NCBI GenBank assembly: GCA_904063045.1
Contig: CAJFCJ010000007.1
Coordinates: 4,285,404 to 4,349,403 of the forward strand
Origin: Dimorphilus gyrociliatus
Taxonomy: Eukaryota; Animalia; Annelida
Length of the DNA stretch: 64,000 bases
Direction: 5' to 3'
Shown: positions 12,856-25,362 of the stretch, one piece after another
Position numbering within the stretch: position 1 is the stretch's first letter
How the letters are laid out: the number at the start of each line of letters is the position of its first letter
The notes under the pieces: model-generated
What the model was told of the DNA's origin: nothing
The model's input: only the letters and a program-made list of their open reading frames with translations
The model's database searches: none
Program-made: the position numbers and the translations under genes

Positions 12856-15800
12856 ATGGCTGAAGCTGTAAAGGTTATCGTAAGGTGTAGGCCTATGAAC
12901 ACCAGAGAAAAAGATTTACGTTGCGAATGTGTGGTATCAATGGATGGTAAAATAGGACAATGTTCAATAAACAATCCTAATGATAAAAAGGCACCACCAA
13001 AATCCTTTACTTTTGACGGAGCGTTTTTTATCGATTCAACCACTGAACAGATTTACAACGATATTGGCTATCCCTTAGTAGAGGTGAGTTCAAATTTTAT
13101 AAAGAATTATCAAGTTTTCACTTAAACTGTACAACAGTTTGTAAATGTCTTAAAAAAATTTTGAGTATTGTATGAACGTACTATAATAATACTATTAGTT
13201 CACCTTTGACTATATAATTAATGAACATATGAAAAAAACGTCAAGTAGTTATTATTTACTCCTAATACATAGGGCGTCACTGAAGGCTATAATGGTACAA
13301 TATTTGCCTACGGGCAAACAGGATGTGGAAAAAGTTTTAGTATGCAGGGTATAACAAATCCAGCAACGCAAAGGGGAATAATACCAAGGTAAGAAATCTT
13401 CTTTCTTACTCTATTATCAATCCTAATATGTTTTGTAATACGACTAATTGAATTGTTCACTGTGTGTCTCTTATCAATTCCCGTATTTTTCCTATTCTTA
13501 TTAAAGCTGCTTATTACGTAATCGACTCATTTATTGATCTTTTTATTCACAATGTTTTAAACAATCTTTCTATTATACGTGTCATTTGAAAGTTAAAACG
13601 CAAGAAGTTAATTTCTTAATCTTGATCAAGTGCTGTGTTATTGAGTTCATATATATGTATATATATAAATTTATACATACATTTTATATATATATATATA
13701 TAGATGTATATACTAATTTATTAATATATAGTATAGATAACAGTTTAAGCTTGATATTTCCACTTAAACTTCACCAAAAAATTCGTTCATTTGGTTATGT
13801 ATTACTCAATTTTAATCTACAATTATTTAAGAATTAACACAGGCCTAGTATATATTTTCTTAAACACGAGAAAGATCGTGCTTTGAGGGGGGTAAAGAGG
13901 AAGAAAGAGAAGAAGAGAGAGTTATTTGCCTATTTTTACATATGTATATATATATACAAATATATAATTTAGAAAGAGAAAGAATGTTTAAACAATTAGA
14001 ATTGTAACTTGATATGAAGAGATATAAAACATTAATATTTGGAAAATGCAGATTAGTATGTTTAGCTCTTCGAAAAATGGTGTAAAAAAGAAAAAAAAAG
14101 CCGAGAATCGAAAGATCGCCAAGTGAAAAGCATAAATATTTTTATTCAATCGATCCTAATGTCATTGTGCATTAGGTGTTCGCCATAACTTGAAGATTTC
14201 CTTATCGATTTTGTTATATTTATATCCTATAAATATAAAAGAATACACATATAGCTCTATTTTATAAATATACATAGAAATTTATATACTATATATATAT
14301 ATCTATACATAAATATAAATACATATTTGTCTTTACATATATAAAAATTTGAAATATATCTTGTTTCCCAGTTGAAACCACTACATTCTTGTACTGTCTT
14401 CTCCCCCACACCAATTCCTTAATTAGCTATGTATTTTATCAATATTATTATAATTATTAACCTTTAATTTTTATTCTTATATATATGGTTTATGTATAAA
14501 ACAGTGAACAATTCATTATTAGTCATTAAATGAGAATGATTTAGCTATCGTTCTTAAAATATCGAAGAAGAAATTATAAATTGCATTTAATGATTTTCTT
14601 AATAGGGCATTTGACCACATTTTCGAAACTGTACAAGTTACGGAAGGCTCGAAATATTTAATCCATTCTTCGTATCTTGAAATCTATAATGAAGAAATAA
14701 GAGATCTACTTGGTAAAGACTCCAAAAAGAAACTAGATTTAAAGGAGCATCCCGAGAAGGGTGTTTATGTTGCAGGTCTTAGTTTACATCCCTGTAAAAG
14801 TGTTATAGACTGTCAAAAAATTATGGAAAAGGGTTGGGATAATAGATCTGTGGGTGCAACACTGATGAACAAGGATTCGTCTAGGAGTCACTCAATATTT
14901 ACTATACATTTAGAAAGGAGCGAAGTAGATGAATCTGGAGAAGAACATATTAGGGCGGGTAAATTAAACTTGGTCGATTTAGCTGGTTCAGAAAGACAGG
15001 GTAAAACCGGGGCAACAGGAGATCGTCTTAAAGAAGCCACTAAAATTAATTTATCACTTTCGGCACTTGGAAACGTTATTTCCGCACTTGTAGATGGAAA
15101 ATCAAAGCACATACCTTACAGAGATTCTAAATTAACTAGGCTATTACAAGATTCTTTGGGAGGTAACACTAAAACTCTTATGGTTGCTTGTCTTTCTCCC
15201 GCCGATAACAACTACGATGAAACATTGTCAACACTAAGATACGCGAACAGAGCCAAAAATATAAAAAATAAGCCTAAAATTAATGAAGATCCTAAGGATG
15301 CTCTTCTAAGAGAATACTCAGACGAAATTGCTAAGCTAAAGGCTATGTTGAGAGGTGAAATACCTGTAGATCCAGCCCAGTTAGAAGGTGGAGTAGGCGG
15401 TAATTTCAAAGCTAATGCTCCAGCACCTCAAATAAAAGAGAAAATCGTTGAAAAAGTTGTATACGTTAATGGGACAGAAGAGCAGGAAGAAGAAAGAAAC
15501 CAATTAAGAGAGGTAGGTGTATTTTATTACAAGGTATTACGTAATTATTAAATAAGCCTTAAACAATTTTTTTGTAAGTAAATGAATAAGATAAAAAAGA
15601 AAATGAGAAACAAGCAAGCTTATTATCATATTGATTAAAATTAGTAGCTAAAATAACGGGCACTTAAAAAAAGCACTTTTTCTACTAATTTATTTGTCTT
15701 TCTTTATGTTTAAGAAAAAAATATCAATAAAACAAATATAAAACACTTTAAATCAATTAATCGAATTATATTAAGGTCTTTGTTTTATAGACCTATGCAG

Positions 15801-18800
15801 CCGCAATATGTAAATGAATTTATTTATTATTAACTAAGTTAAACTCACCTTTTATTTTATTTTTTATTTTTTATCTATTTTTTTTTCAATCGAAAAATCA
15901 CTTATACAGAAAATCACAACGGTAAGAATATAAATAGTAATAACATCTAAGAATTAAACTAAATCAAACCAAGAAAAAAAGCATTAATCATATATCAGAT
16001 TTGTTTTTTTTTCTCTTTCTATCTTCCTTTGTCCCCTTACCTATCGTTTTTCTGTCTTCTACTTACCTTTACCATCTCTCCATCTTGAAATAATTTAAAA
16101 ATATGCTTCAGACAATTAATATTTCTTTTAAGTAGTTAATTTAGTTTAGTCTAGTAGTAAAGCTTATTACGATTTTTTGTTGCATACGATATCGTATATC
16201 AATAATTTGATAATATTATATAAAACTTTATGTAATAAAAATTATATTAGAAAGCACTTTCTGTCAAATATTTGATAAAAAAAATACTGAAAAGTCTTTC
16301 TAAAATACTTTTTTTTATCCTTTGATTTTACTGTTTCATTCTGTCATTATCTAGTTTTATTTATAAATTAAAAAGACTAATTATTTAATGTTTTGTTCAT
16401 TCTTCTTCACAAATAATTATCTCATTTATATTTTAAGAGAGAAATTTGCTTCTAATATTTTTTTATTTCAATATTAATTAGATATATTTATATTAACTTT
16501 TTATTTACATTGTTAGGAATATGAGGAAAAGATTGAAAAATTACAAAAAGCATACGAAGAACAAAAACTTAGTGCAGATGCAAGAGAAAATGAATTAGAA
16601 AAGTAATTTTTTGTTTAATTTTAATTCTTAATTCTATTTAATTTATTTATAGATTGAGAAGTCAATACGAGGCAGATATAGAGAGTGTTAATACAAATGA
16701 TGCAGAGTTAGGTGAACCAGGTAACAAAGTTTTTACAATATCTTTATTCCTTTATTCCGTTATTTAATTCTATCGAAGACTATAATTAGAACATAGATAG
16801 GATCTCTTGGCAAAGGCTTTAGCACTATTATGGCATTTTATTATTTATGTTCATATATACAATATACTGTATTTACTTTCAACACACATTTTTTTGGGTT
16901 ATACAAGATTAGGCGATATCTTTCAATTTTTTTTTACTATATAAATTATTATTTGGGGCGTTAAGTTCGTCTTGCTAAACCGTCGTCAACTCCTCGAATA
17001 ACTTCATCGGGTAGTTTACATTTTGTACCGGAAGAGGAAGAAATGGATTTTGAACCTGAAAGTGTTACTAGGAGTAGAGAACCTTTAAAGAATATAGCTT
17101 TAAAAGCAAAAATAAATAGAAGAAAAAGCCATCAAAACATTGTTCTTGAAACCGACGATAGAATGGATAGGCTTTATGCAGCCCTGGATGGTGAGAGGGT
17201 TGAAAATTAATTGAATTTCTCTTTAACCTGATTAAAAGCAGATTAACCTAGTTATTTCCAATAGAAACAGTTTAAAAATCTCATGCTTATTATTATCTTG
17301 CTATTTCCTTAGTTTTATTGAACGAAGGCAAATTTATTTTCCATTAAGAATGATTAATTTCATTCTTCTATTTTTATATACTCTATTTTTTCATGATTCG
17401 TTTATTTTTCAATCTATCATCTCTAACAAAATGCTAAAAAAAGTTGTTTTTTGAAAAATTAAGTTGCTGGTACTAAAGGATCAAAGAATGGTAAAAGTCC
17501 TCGTAGTAGGAAAGGTAATAATACTGTATGGTTCACGAATATTTAATATGGATTGTCTTTAGTTGTTTAATTTGGTTTACATAAAAAAAAGTCGGGTTGA
17601 TGAAGGGAATAGTTATGCTATTCGTTTCATTACCATAGGGGAAGAATAAAATCAAATGTAGCGGGTGAAGGAGATTAGAGAAGAAAGAGCCGTATATTTC
17701 TATTCATTCTTACTCATAATAAGAGAATAACAGAAAGGATAAAGATCTTGTTTAATACAGTATGGTGAATTAAACATTTCAAACTGAAACTTTCCAATAG
17801 TGAAAAGAAAGGAGAAATATTATTGTAATATATATGATCAAGTAATAACATTTAAATGCTATAGTTGAAAGTTAACATATAGGAAAAGTGTAGTTCTTTA
17901 AAGACGATTTCGAGTCATGTAACCTATTTCAAGACTATCAGGTTATTATCCGCTATATTCTATATGTAGTAGAAGGATATGAATATCAACTTTAAACTAA
18001 ATGATAAGTAGGAGTATTTATTGTATATCGCTATTTCTTCGTTTATTGGTCAAGTCTACTTCAAACTAACATTTACAAAAAGAGGAATGCTTACAATAAA
18101 AGTACTTTATCTCAAGCGTCAAATTTGCAATAATTTAATAACGTGGTGAATATTTAGCTCAACTATGTAAAAAGGATTAATAAGCTAAAGAAATCTTTTA
18201 TAAAATTATTTTATTTATTACTTCTTATGAGTAATAGAATCAATGTTATATACTAATATTGGAGGCGGTCTATTTTCAATAAAAAATCCAGCCCCCTACA
18301 ATATCCCAATAATTTTCTAGAAGCGAATATAAAATTAAATACAGGATTTAACAAGTATCAATATAATTAATTAGCTTAAGAGAAATATAAATACTATTTG
18401 TTCCTTCCCTCTATTTGTTAAAAATCAATTTTTTTTAATTCTGCACAACTAAAACACAGATGGTGTTTTTGATGAATTAACAAATCTTTATGTGTTTTTT
18501 TTATCTTCTCAACTTTCCTTATTATCTATCTACCTGTTTCTCTCTTTCTCTCATTTTACTCTCTTACAAGGTTTACCCTTGAAATATTTATTAGTTAAAT
18601 ATATTCATTTCATATTATTTTTTTTTAACAGCTAAAGCAAAGTCAACGACTCTTCAAGATGAAATTGAAGAGGTAACAGATTAACTTCTTTTACCCAAAT
18701 TTCTTGTCATTTATTCAACAATACCCCATTATGCTTTAAATATTACAACTATATTGTGGTGCCATCTTGAATTTTCTTATACCTTAAATATTTTCTTTTC

Positions 18801-20728
18801 TTTGCAGATTGGTGAGGAGGATGAATCTTATAATGGCTCAGATGATCGTCAAGTTCAAAAAGCCACTAGAATTGTTGAAGGAGATGAAGAGATTCTTCAA
18901 GAAGAAGCGAAAAGAAGGTATAAGTCATAAGCATGAATAACTAAATACCAGTTTTAGATCTTATCTGAGATAATCTATCCATGATTTCATCTTATTAAAT
19001 TCAACTTAGTAAGATAGTTAAAAGGTTTATTTATCAGGAAAAGAGCCCAAGTTTAAACCTAACAAATTGCGTCTAATCTATTCATTGATTTAACTAAAGC
19101 TTAATTGATTATTTGAAAACATAAAAAACAGACCATCTAAAGTGGAAATTGAAGCGGAAGCTCGACACAGGTAGAGCATAAAACTGCACAAAGAGAAAAT
19201 ATTTATTTTATTATTATTTGGGTCACTTTTAAAAGCGAAGGCGTTTTAAAACGTCAATTTTTTTTCTGTTTCTTTTCCTCTTTTATTTTGGCTCAGCTTT
19301 TTTGAATAACAAATCTTGATGTTATATTGTGATTTACATTTTATAAAACACTCTATTCCTTATTTTTCAATTTGAAATAAACCACAGAACAACTTATATA
19401 ACTCACATATCACATATTTATTTATATATTATATATTTTACTTGTATAATAATGTTTTTTTTATCACGAGTTCATCAACTTACTTTTGTGTAATTAGTTA
19501 TCTATATTATTAATGATTTTACTTATTTCAATCTGTTAGATTGGCTGAACTTCAACAAGCCATGGTCGGAGGTGAAATGAAAAATAATGAAGAAGTCAAA
19601 GAGCGTAGAAGAAAGAGAAAACATCATGCTGAAGAAAGAAAACAAAAATTAGCAGGTAAATGATTGAATTTCCAATAGTTTTCACAACAGTACAAAATAT
19701 TTAATAATTGTACAGAGGCTCTTCAGAATATGGATGGAGATGATATTATGCTACAAATATATGATAATGCGCAAGATGAAGTTCGCATTAAAGATAAACA
19801 ATTAAGAAAAGCGCAGAATACTGTAAATAATATATTTATAATTATATTATTCAGGTGGAAAAGCTCTTAAGAACTTTATTTAACTTTCAGATGATATCAT
19901 TGAGAAGCGAAATTGCAGATTTACAATCAGAATTTGAATTCGATCGCAGTACTTATCTCGATACCATTAGAAAGCAAGAACAACAATTTAAACTAATCCA
20001 GTCTATACTCGATAAAGTATCTCCTACAATAAGGCGAGATTGTAATTATGCTAATCTTGATAGAATAAAAGCGCAAAGCAAGTAAGTTAAATTTAGATTA
20101 TAAGTTTATTCCTCTTTTGTAATTACAACTATTTTATCAACTTTATTATATTTATCATTAATTTATAAGATGGGATGAAGAAAGTGAAACTTGGATATTA
20201 CCCAAAATGACTATTGAAAGAACAGTCTTGCCCTCCGTACCTGGAGGAATAACACCAACTGCTAGACAAGAGAATCCTCGAATGCGAGTTAATGGTACTG
20301 CTGTTTATTCTGAAGAAGATAGAAATGCTGAAGATGCTTATTTAATGAAACTACAAGAAAGAGGCAATAGTGAGTCTCCAAGTTATTTTGCTAATCGGAG
20401 ACAGGATACTCTCATATCAAATGCTCAACAAGATAGAAACAGAGGTATATTATAATGGAATAACCTACTAAATTGATCTGATTAAAAATAGTGTTTGTTT
20501 TTAGTTTTAGGACGATCCAAAAGCCCAAATGGACTACTAACAAATGGGAATACTCAAGTGGGGGGTGAGCTTAATTTTCAAGATAAAAGAGCCGCTGAAG
20601 TTCACGGTCAAATGTTGGGAGACGGAATTGATAGGAAGCCGATAAGATTAGAATCGCTCCCAACAGCTTCGGCAAATATGAAGAAGAATAAAAAGAAGAA
20701 AAATATTAACACAATGGAATATTATTAA
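12856..20728 (+). CDS. KIF17: Homodimeric kinesin-2 KIF17/OSM-3, multi-exon
   Basis: N-terminus [16 protein letters not shown]-loop GQTGCGKS (exon near 13272-13388), switch motifs SSRSHSIF and [11 protein letters not shown]. The stalk has [13 protein letters not shown]...[17 protein letters not shown] and [15 protein letters not shown], and the tail has [10 protein letters not shown]. Stop at 20726-20728. Confidence 0.93.
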
Positions 20729-21562
20729 GCAATTTTTCAGCATGGGGATAATTGAAAGAAGCGAAACTTAAAGTGTTCACCCCATTGTTTTAGTTTATTT
20801 TATTTTCGTTATATAAAGCTTATGCAATTCTATTTTCGTCCATATATTAGAGTATTTGTTTACTTGATTATATTTTAAGAAATCAAATAACAACAAATGT
20901 CACCACCAGAAAATGTTGACCAATTAACGTCAGACTATCTTTCACTCAACTTAGGTAAATTATGTCCCATTATCAGTTTTGAATCACTAGCAAAAGCTGC
21001 TGATATACTTTCTGAAAGTCTTTCTATTGAGGGAAGTAAGATTACAAGATAAATAAATCTCTTTGAATATTCTAATTGGGACTGCCGACTATACACTATA
21101 CATCAGCTTTTGATATGATTTAACAACTTTAGAGGGTATTTCTGTATTTCTATGACGTTAAAGGTAAATTTTACTCCTGAAGAATTCTGCCAACGATAGT
21201 GTTTTCTACTTGATTTTTTTAGCCATGTTTCCCAGTCAGTATTTAATACTGTTTTTGATTAAATGTTTTTTGGTGTGTGTTTTTTTTTTCACTTGATATT
21301 CACTAAATTTCAAGATAAACTCAATTAAAAAAATATGAAAAACAATCTTTTTTTAGTTCTCTTCAAATGTAAAATTAACAGAAAACACAAAGTACTTTTA
21401 TTAACTAAACGCTTTTTCTTCAACTTATTAAAGTAGCTGCAGATTTCGCAACAACAAAAATATGGCCGAAACAGTATGATAAAAGTGAATATTTAAATAG
21501 ACGAAAAAATTTTAGTCTCTAACATCTTAACGCTTTCGTTCTTCTTTCTTTGTTTTTCAGTT

Positions 21563-22975
21563 TTAATGTCGCGCAGTAGCATTAACTTCATTTCTCATTG
21601 GACATTCTCTCGTTACTTGATTTGTGCTTTTAACTTGTAGACCTGCTTTTAGAACTGCACTGCGAAATAACATTGATTTCATTCTCCATTCGTAATCTTT
21701 ACCAACTTGAATAGCTTTTTCAAAAGTTGTCTTCTTTTCATCAACTCTTTTTGCATAAAGTATCTAAAGAAATAACAAATGAGCAACATTACATAAATAT
21801 AGTAATATAGAACTTTTTACCTTCAATTTACTATCGATTCTTGCATTAATTTGCCCATCAAGAATTAATTTCATTAGCTCATCTTCCAAATTCGAAACTG
21901 TTGTATTGAAAGCCTCCGCCATTTTATGCATATTTGCACTTGTATATGGTCTAAAATATTGTTTTAGAGCTCTCTTCCTTATTTCGTTGTAGAGAATTTC
22001 AATATGTGGAGCTAAGTAGATATCGAGTAGTAAAGCATCTTTTATTTTATCCAGAGTTTTCAGGCATTGGGCATATTTAGAATTATAGAAATCGTATAAA
22101 ACTTCGCGTAATTGAGGTTCAAGTTCGAGAAACAGTTTAAATGAAACTGAACTTAATACCATTCTTTGTAATTCCTGCCGATCAAAAGTTGCTAATGAAG
22201 TTAATACTCCCAATACAGCTATATTATTAGCGCTAGTCATATCAGGAATGTCAGAATATTCGAATTGCGCTTGAAGGAAAGCCTTAGCCGCTGATTTATA
22301 TTTACCAAGAGAGAGCTCAGCTAGACCAGATGCACATTTTAGACGAGTAACAATATTCGGATGACTATCCTCTAATTCAACGTTTAAAGAAGTTTGAGCC
22401 TTATTTACGTAACTTAATACGTGCGACCAGTTTTGAAGATATACGCTAACTTTAATAACATTTAAGCACATATAAATTATATGTAAAGGTGCCGTACAGA
22501 AATCTCTCGCTCTTGAATAGCATTTTAAAGCATTATTTAAATCTCCACAATCCAAATAATGATCACCCAAATCGTCAAGTCCTCTTCTAATACTTTCTTT
22601 TATTGAATTTGACTTATAATTTTTTAAATCAGTATCTAGTTTTTCCAATTTTAGAGCAGATTTTTTAGTTGTTATTTCAAGCCAATTGTAATCAACGGAA
22701 ACCATGTTCGGGCACGATACCTCCAATTGCTGAACAATTTGCTCGAATAATTGAACATTGAAAGTTTGCATACATGTATTTAGAGCCAGTTTCAAAGCTT
22801 CAAGTCTTATAGAAGGACAGTGTTGAGCTATATACTGCAGCCGGTAAATTTTAGCCAGACCTGAGAAATTTGATGTTAAAGATTCTAGGTCAACATTTAC
22901 ATTTTCAACTAGATGATTTAAAGCGTTTGCATTATCGTTCTCTTCAGGGATCACGTCTACCTGCATAGGCTCCAT
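21563..22975 (-). CDS. GPS1: COP9 signalosome subunit 1 (GPS1/CSN1), two coding exons
   Basis: MEPMQVD..., [40 protein letters not shown] and a PCI domain (GQINARIDS). A 57-bp intron at 21764-21820 is followed by [19 protein letters not shown]...ARH and a stop at 21563. Confidence 0.93.
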
Positions 22976-23206
22976 TACTTTCAAGTTGTCTGAGGGGAAA
23001 CGCGAATATAAAGAACTACACGAAATTATAAACATCGGATAGAATTTATATAGTAAATACTTGCTAAATCAAAGCTCACTTCCAATAGACAGTTAACTAT
23101 TTTATTATTTTTGCTTGACGTAACGCAACCAAAGACAATTAACTTATTATTCGTAAATAATTCCAGATATTCACCAGAAGCAAAATTTTAAATAGGAAGT
23201 AGACAA

Positions 23207-23223
23207 ACTTCCGGAAATGACGT
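23207..23223. promoter_or_regulatory. ETS-CRE composite site in the GPS1/BIVM bidirectional promoter
   Basis: ACTTCCGGAAATGACGT (ETS core CCGGAA overlapping the CRE half-site TGACGT) lies between divergent ATGs at 22975 and 23406. A second CRE-like TGACGTAA is at 23116-23123. Confidence 0.6.
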
Positions 23224-23405
23224 TGTTATTTATAGTCACCGTCCGGTATTGAAACTAAAAATTTAAGGGATAATAAAATTTACTTAACAAAAAATTGTGT
23301 GCACTTTATAGCCCAACTCAAATATTCTCTGCTCTCTGATTCTTACGGGCAGCCAAGCTTCTCGATGGATTAACATAGCTGAATGCCGAAACAATACTAA
23401 CAGCA

Positions 23406-24975
23406 ATGAGCAGTAGCAGAACAAGAAACAAACAAACATCAGCCAAAAAAGATCGGCCTTCATCGGCACCGCAAAAGAAGGGTGCAAATTCTAAAAGCCT
23501 TGCCAAAAAGCGAGCACACAGTCATCCATTGACATCAACGTTGCCAAAATTGAAAAATCAAGAACTTTTTCCCGCTTCTGATGTTGCCAATATTGCTACA
23601 TTCGAAGAGAATTTGATAGATGAACACTTTGAAAAATTGAATATAAGCCATAGATGGAAAACGGAAAATACTAATTTAACACAACCAATGACAAACTATC
23701 CTATATCATGGGAAATTGATATCAAACCTTTCTCAGGAAATTCTAGTGCAAAAGGTACTTAAAAAAATCATTTTTAAACATGTTATTTATTATTTGACTG
23801 TAATTTCCAAAGTTGAAGAACAACAAGCATATTTGCCAAAATTAGATAGCGTAGAGGAGTACGTAGCTCCCCGTTGTACTTGTACATCAAAAGATATCTC
23901 TCAGAGGAAGGTACTAGATTTGACAAGATGGTTTGTATAGTAAATCTAATAGAATTTATTCATATTTATATTTAATATGGAATTTCTATTTAAACAAGGC
24001 ATTGTATTAGCCGACCTCAGTATTCAAAATCATGCGGTATGTCTTCGCTAATTTCTTGCTGGAATTTCTTATTCTCTACTTTGGGTCACGGCGAGTAAGC
24101 TTTACTTTTCCTTTGACTAATTAAATATATTATCCTCTAAACTATATAAATATTTGCTAGTCGGCGCCCAATCACCCAGGAAGAGGCTTTACTCGCTATT
24201 GGTTTTAAACCGCCTTTTGAAGAAATAAAGTTTGGTCCATTCACTGGAAATGCTACATTAATGAGGTTTATATTTACATTGTAATGAATGAGCTATTGTT
24301 TATTTAATTATTCATTCATACATTATTTAGATGGTTTAGGCAGTTGAATGATTATTATAAAGTTAGGGGAAGATGTCATTTCATGTATAAACCAAAGGGA
24401 ATGAATTCAACAACTGGTATTGATGAAGTAATTGGACTTCAAAAATTAAAGGAAGCGTTAAAGGTAAATTATTAATTTATATTACGCAATATTTAAAAAT
24501 TCTCTTTTATTCTGTTTATTTACTATATTTAGAATCCTAGATGTGCAATCATCTATCACTGTTATAACCACTATATGTGTCCTATTGGTTATGAAGATAC
24601 TCCTATTGAATCTGAAAAAGCATATTCGTTAGTAAAATATTACTTTTAATTGTATTTTAATCTTAACCTTTCTCTTTTAATTAATAGACGCGATTATAAT
24701 GATAATTTTGAAACTTGGTTAATAATTGGTGATACTAGCCGAAAGCATCCTTCAATGCATTGCAAACAGTTTGTTTATTAGTTAACATTTTATATCAAAA
24801 CATAAGTTCCTTTCTTATTAGATGGAAAGATATTGTTATGGATTTGAATACGGAATCCCCCGAATATTTTGATATAAGGAAATCTGAAAAAGGTTTACAA
24901 ACATTACAAACTGCTAAGAAACCTGGACGCAATCTACATTGTCTTATGGCTTTTGAGAAATGTAAACCAGTTTAA
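23406..24975 (+). CDS. BIVM: Basic immunoglobulin-like variable motif-containing protein (BIVM) orthologue, multi-exon
   Basis: Spliced product: [36 protein letters not shown]...[39 protein letters not shown]...[16 protein letters not shown]...[37 protein letters not shown]...[10 protein letters not shown]. This is recalled as near-colinear with the BIVM core. Confidence 0.9.
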
Positions 24976-25362
24976 GATTAATAACAATTCTTATTTTCTG
25001 TCATACTTTGTATACTAAATGGATGGGATTTTTCTCAACTTTAGTGATTTTAAATATATATTTTCGTTGTAATTTTATCTTATTTTTAAGAACAATTCAA
25101 ACGTTTAAATATTTTATCAGATCTTGAGCGATAAAACAATATTATTAGAAAGTTTATTTCTAGTTGATTTCTTATAGTTCTTCTATTTATGTTATTGATG
25201 CTCAAAACAATTCAAGTAGATTTTAATTAAGAAAAAAGATATATTTACGCAAGAGTGGATGCTTTTAAAAGAAACTTTTAAGGCCCGAAACAATTTTAAT
25301 TAGAAATGTGCAATAATTTCCGAATTCATTCCATGTTCTGTCCGTAGTCCGGATAATAAAGC

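Noticed and set aside
13586-13837. 83-aa ORF inside a KIF17 intron
   Set aside because: It is driven by TA-repeat sequence (YIYI runs) and has a non-ATG start.
17520-18600. Long KIF17 intron as a possible snoRNA, tRNA or transposon host
   Set aside because: I found no convincing C/D or H/ACA boxes with terminal stems, cloverleaf, TIRs or TSDs. An Rfam/RepeatMasker run would be needed to exclude them fully.
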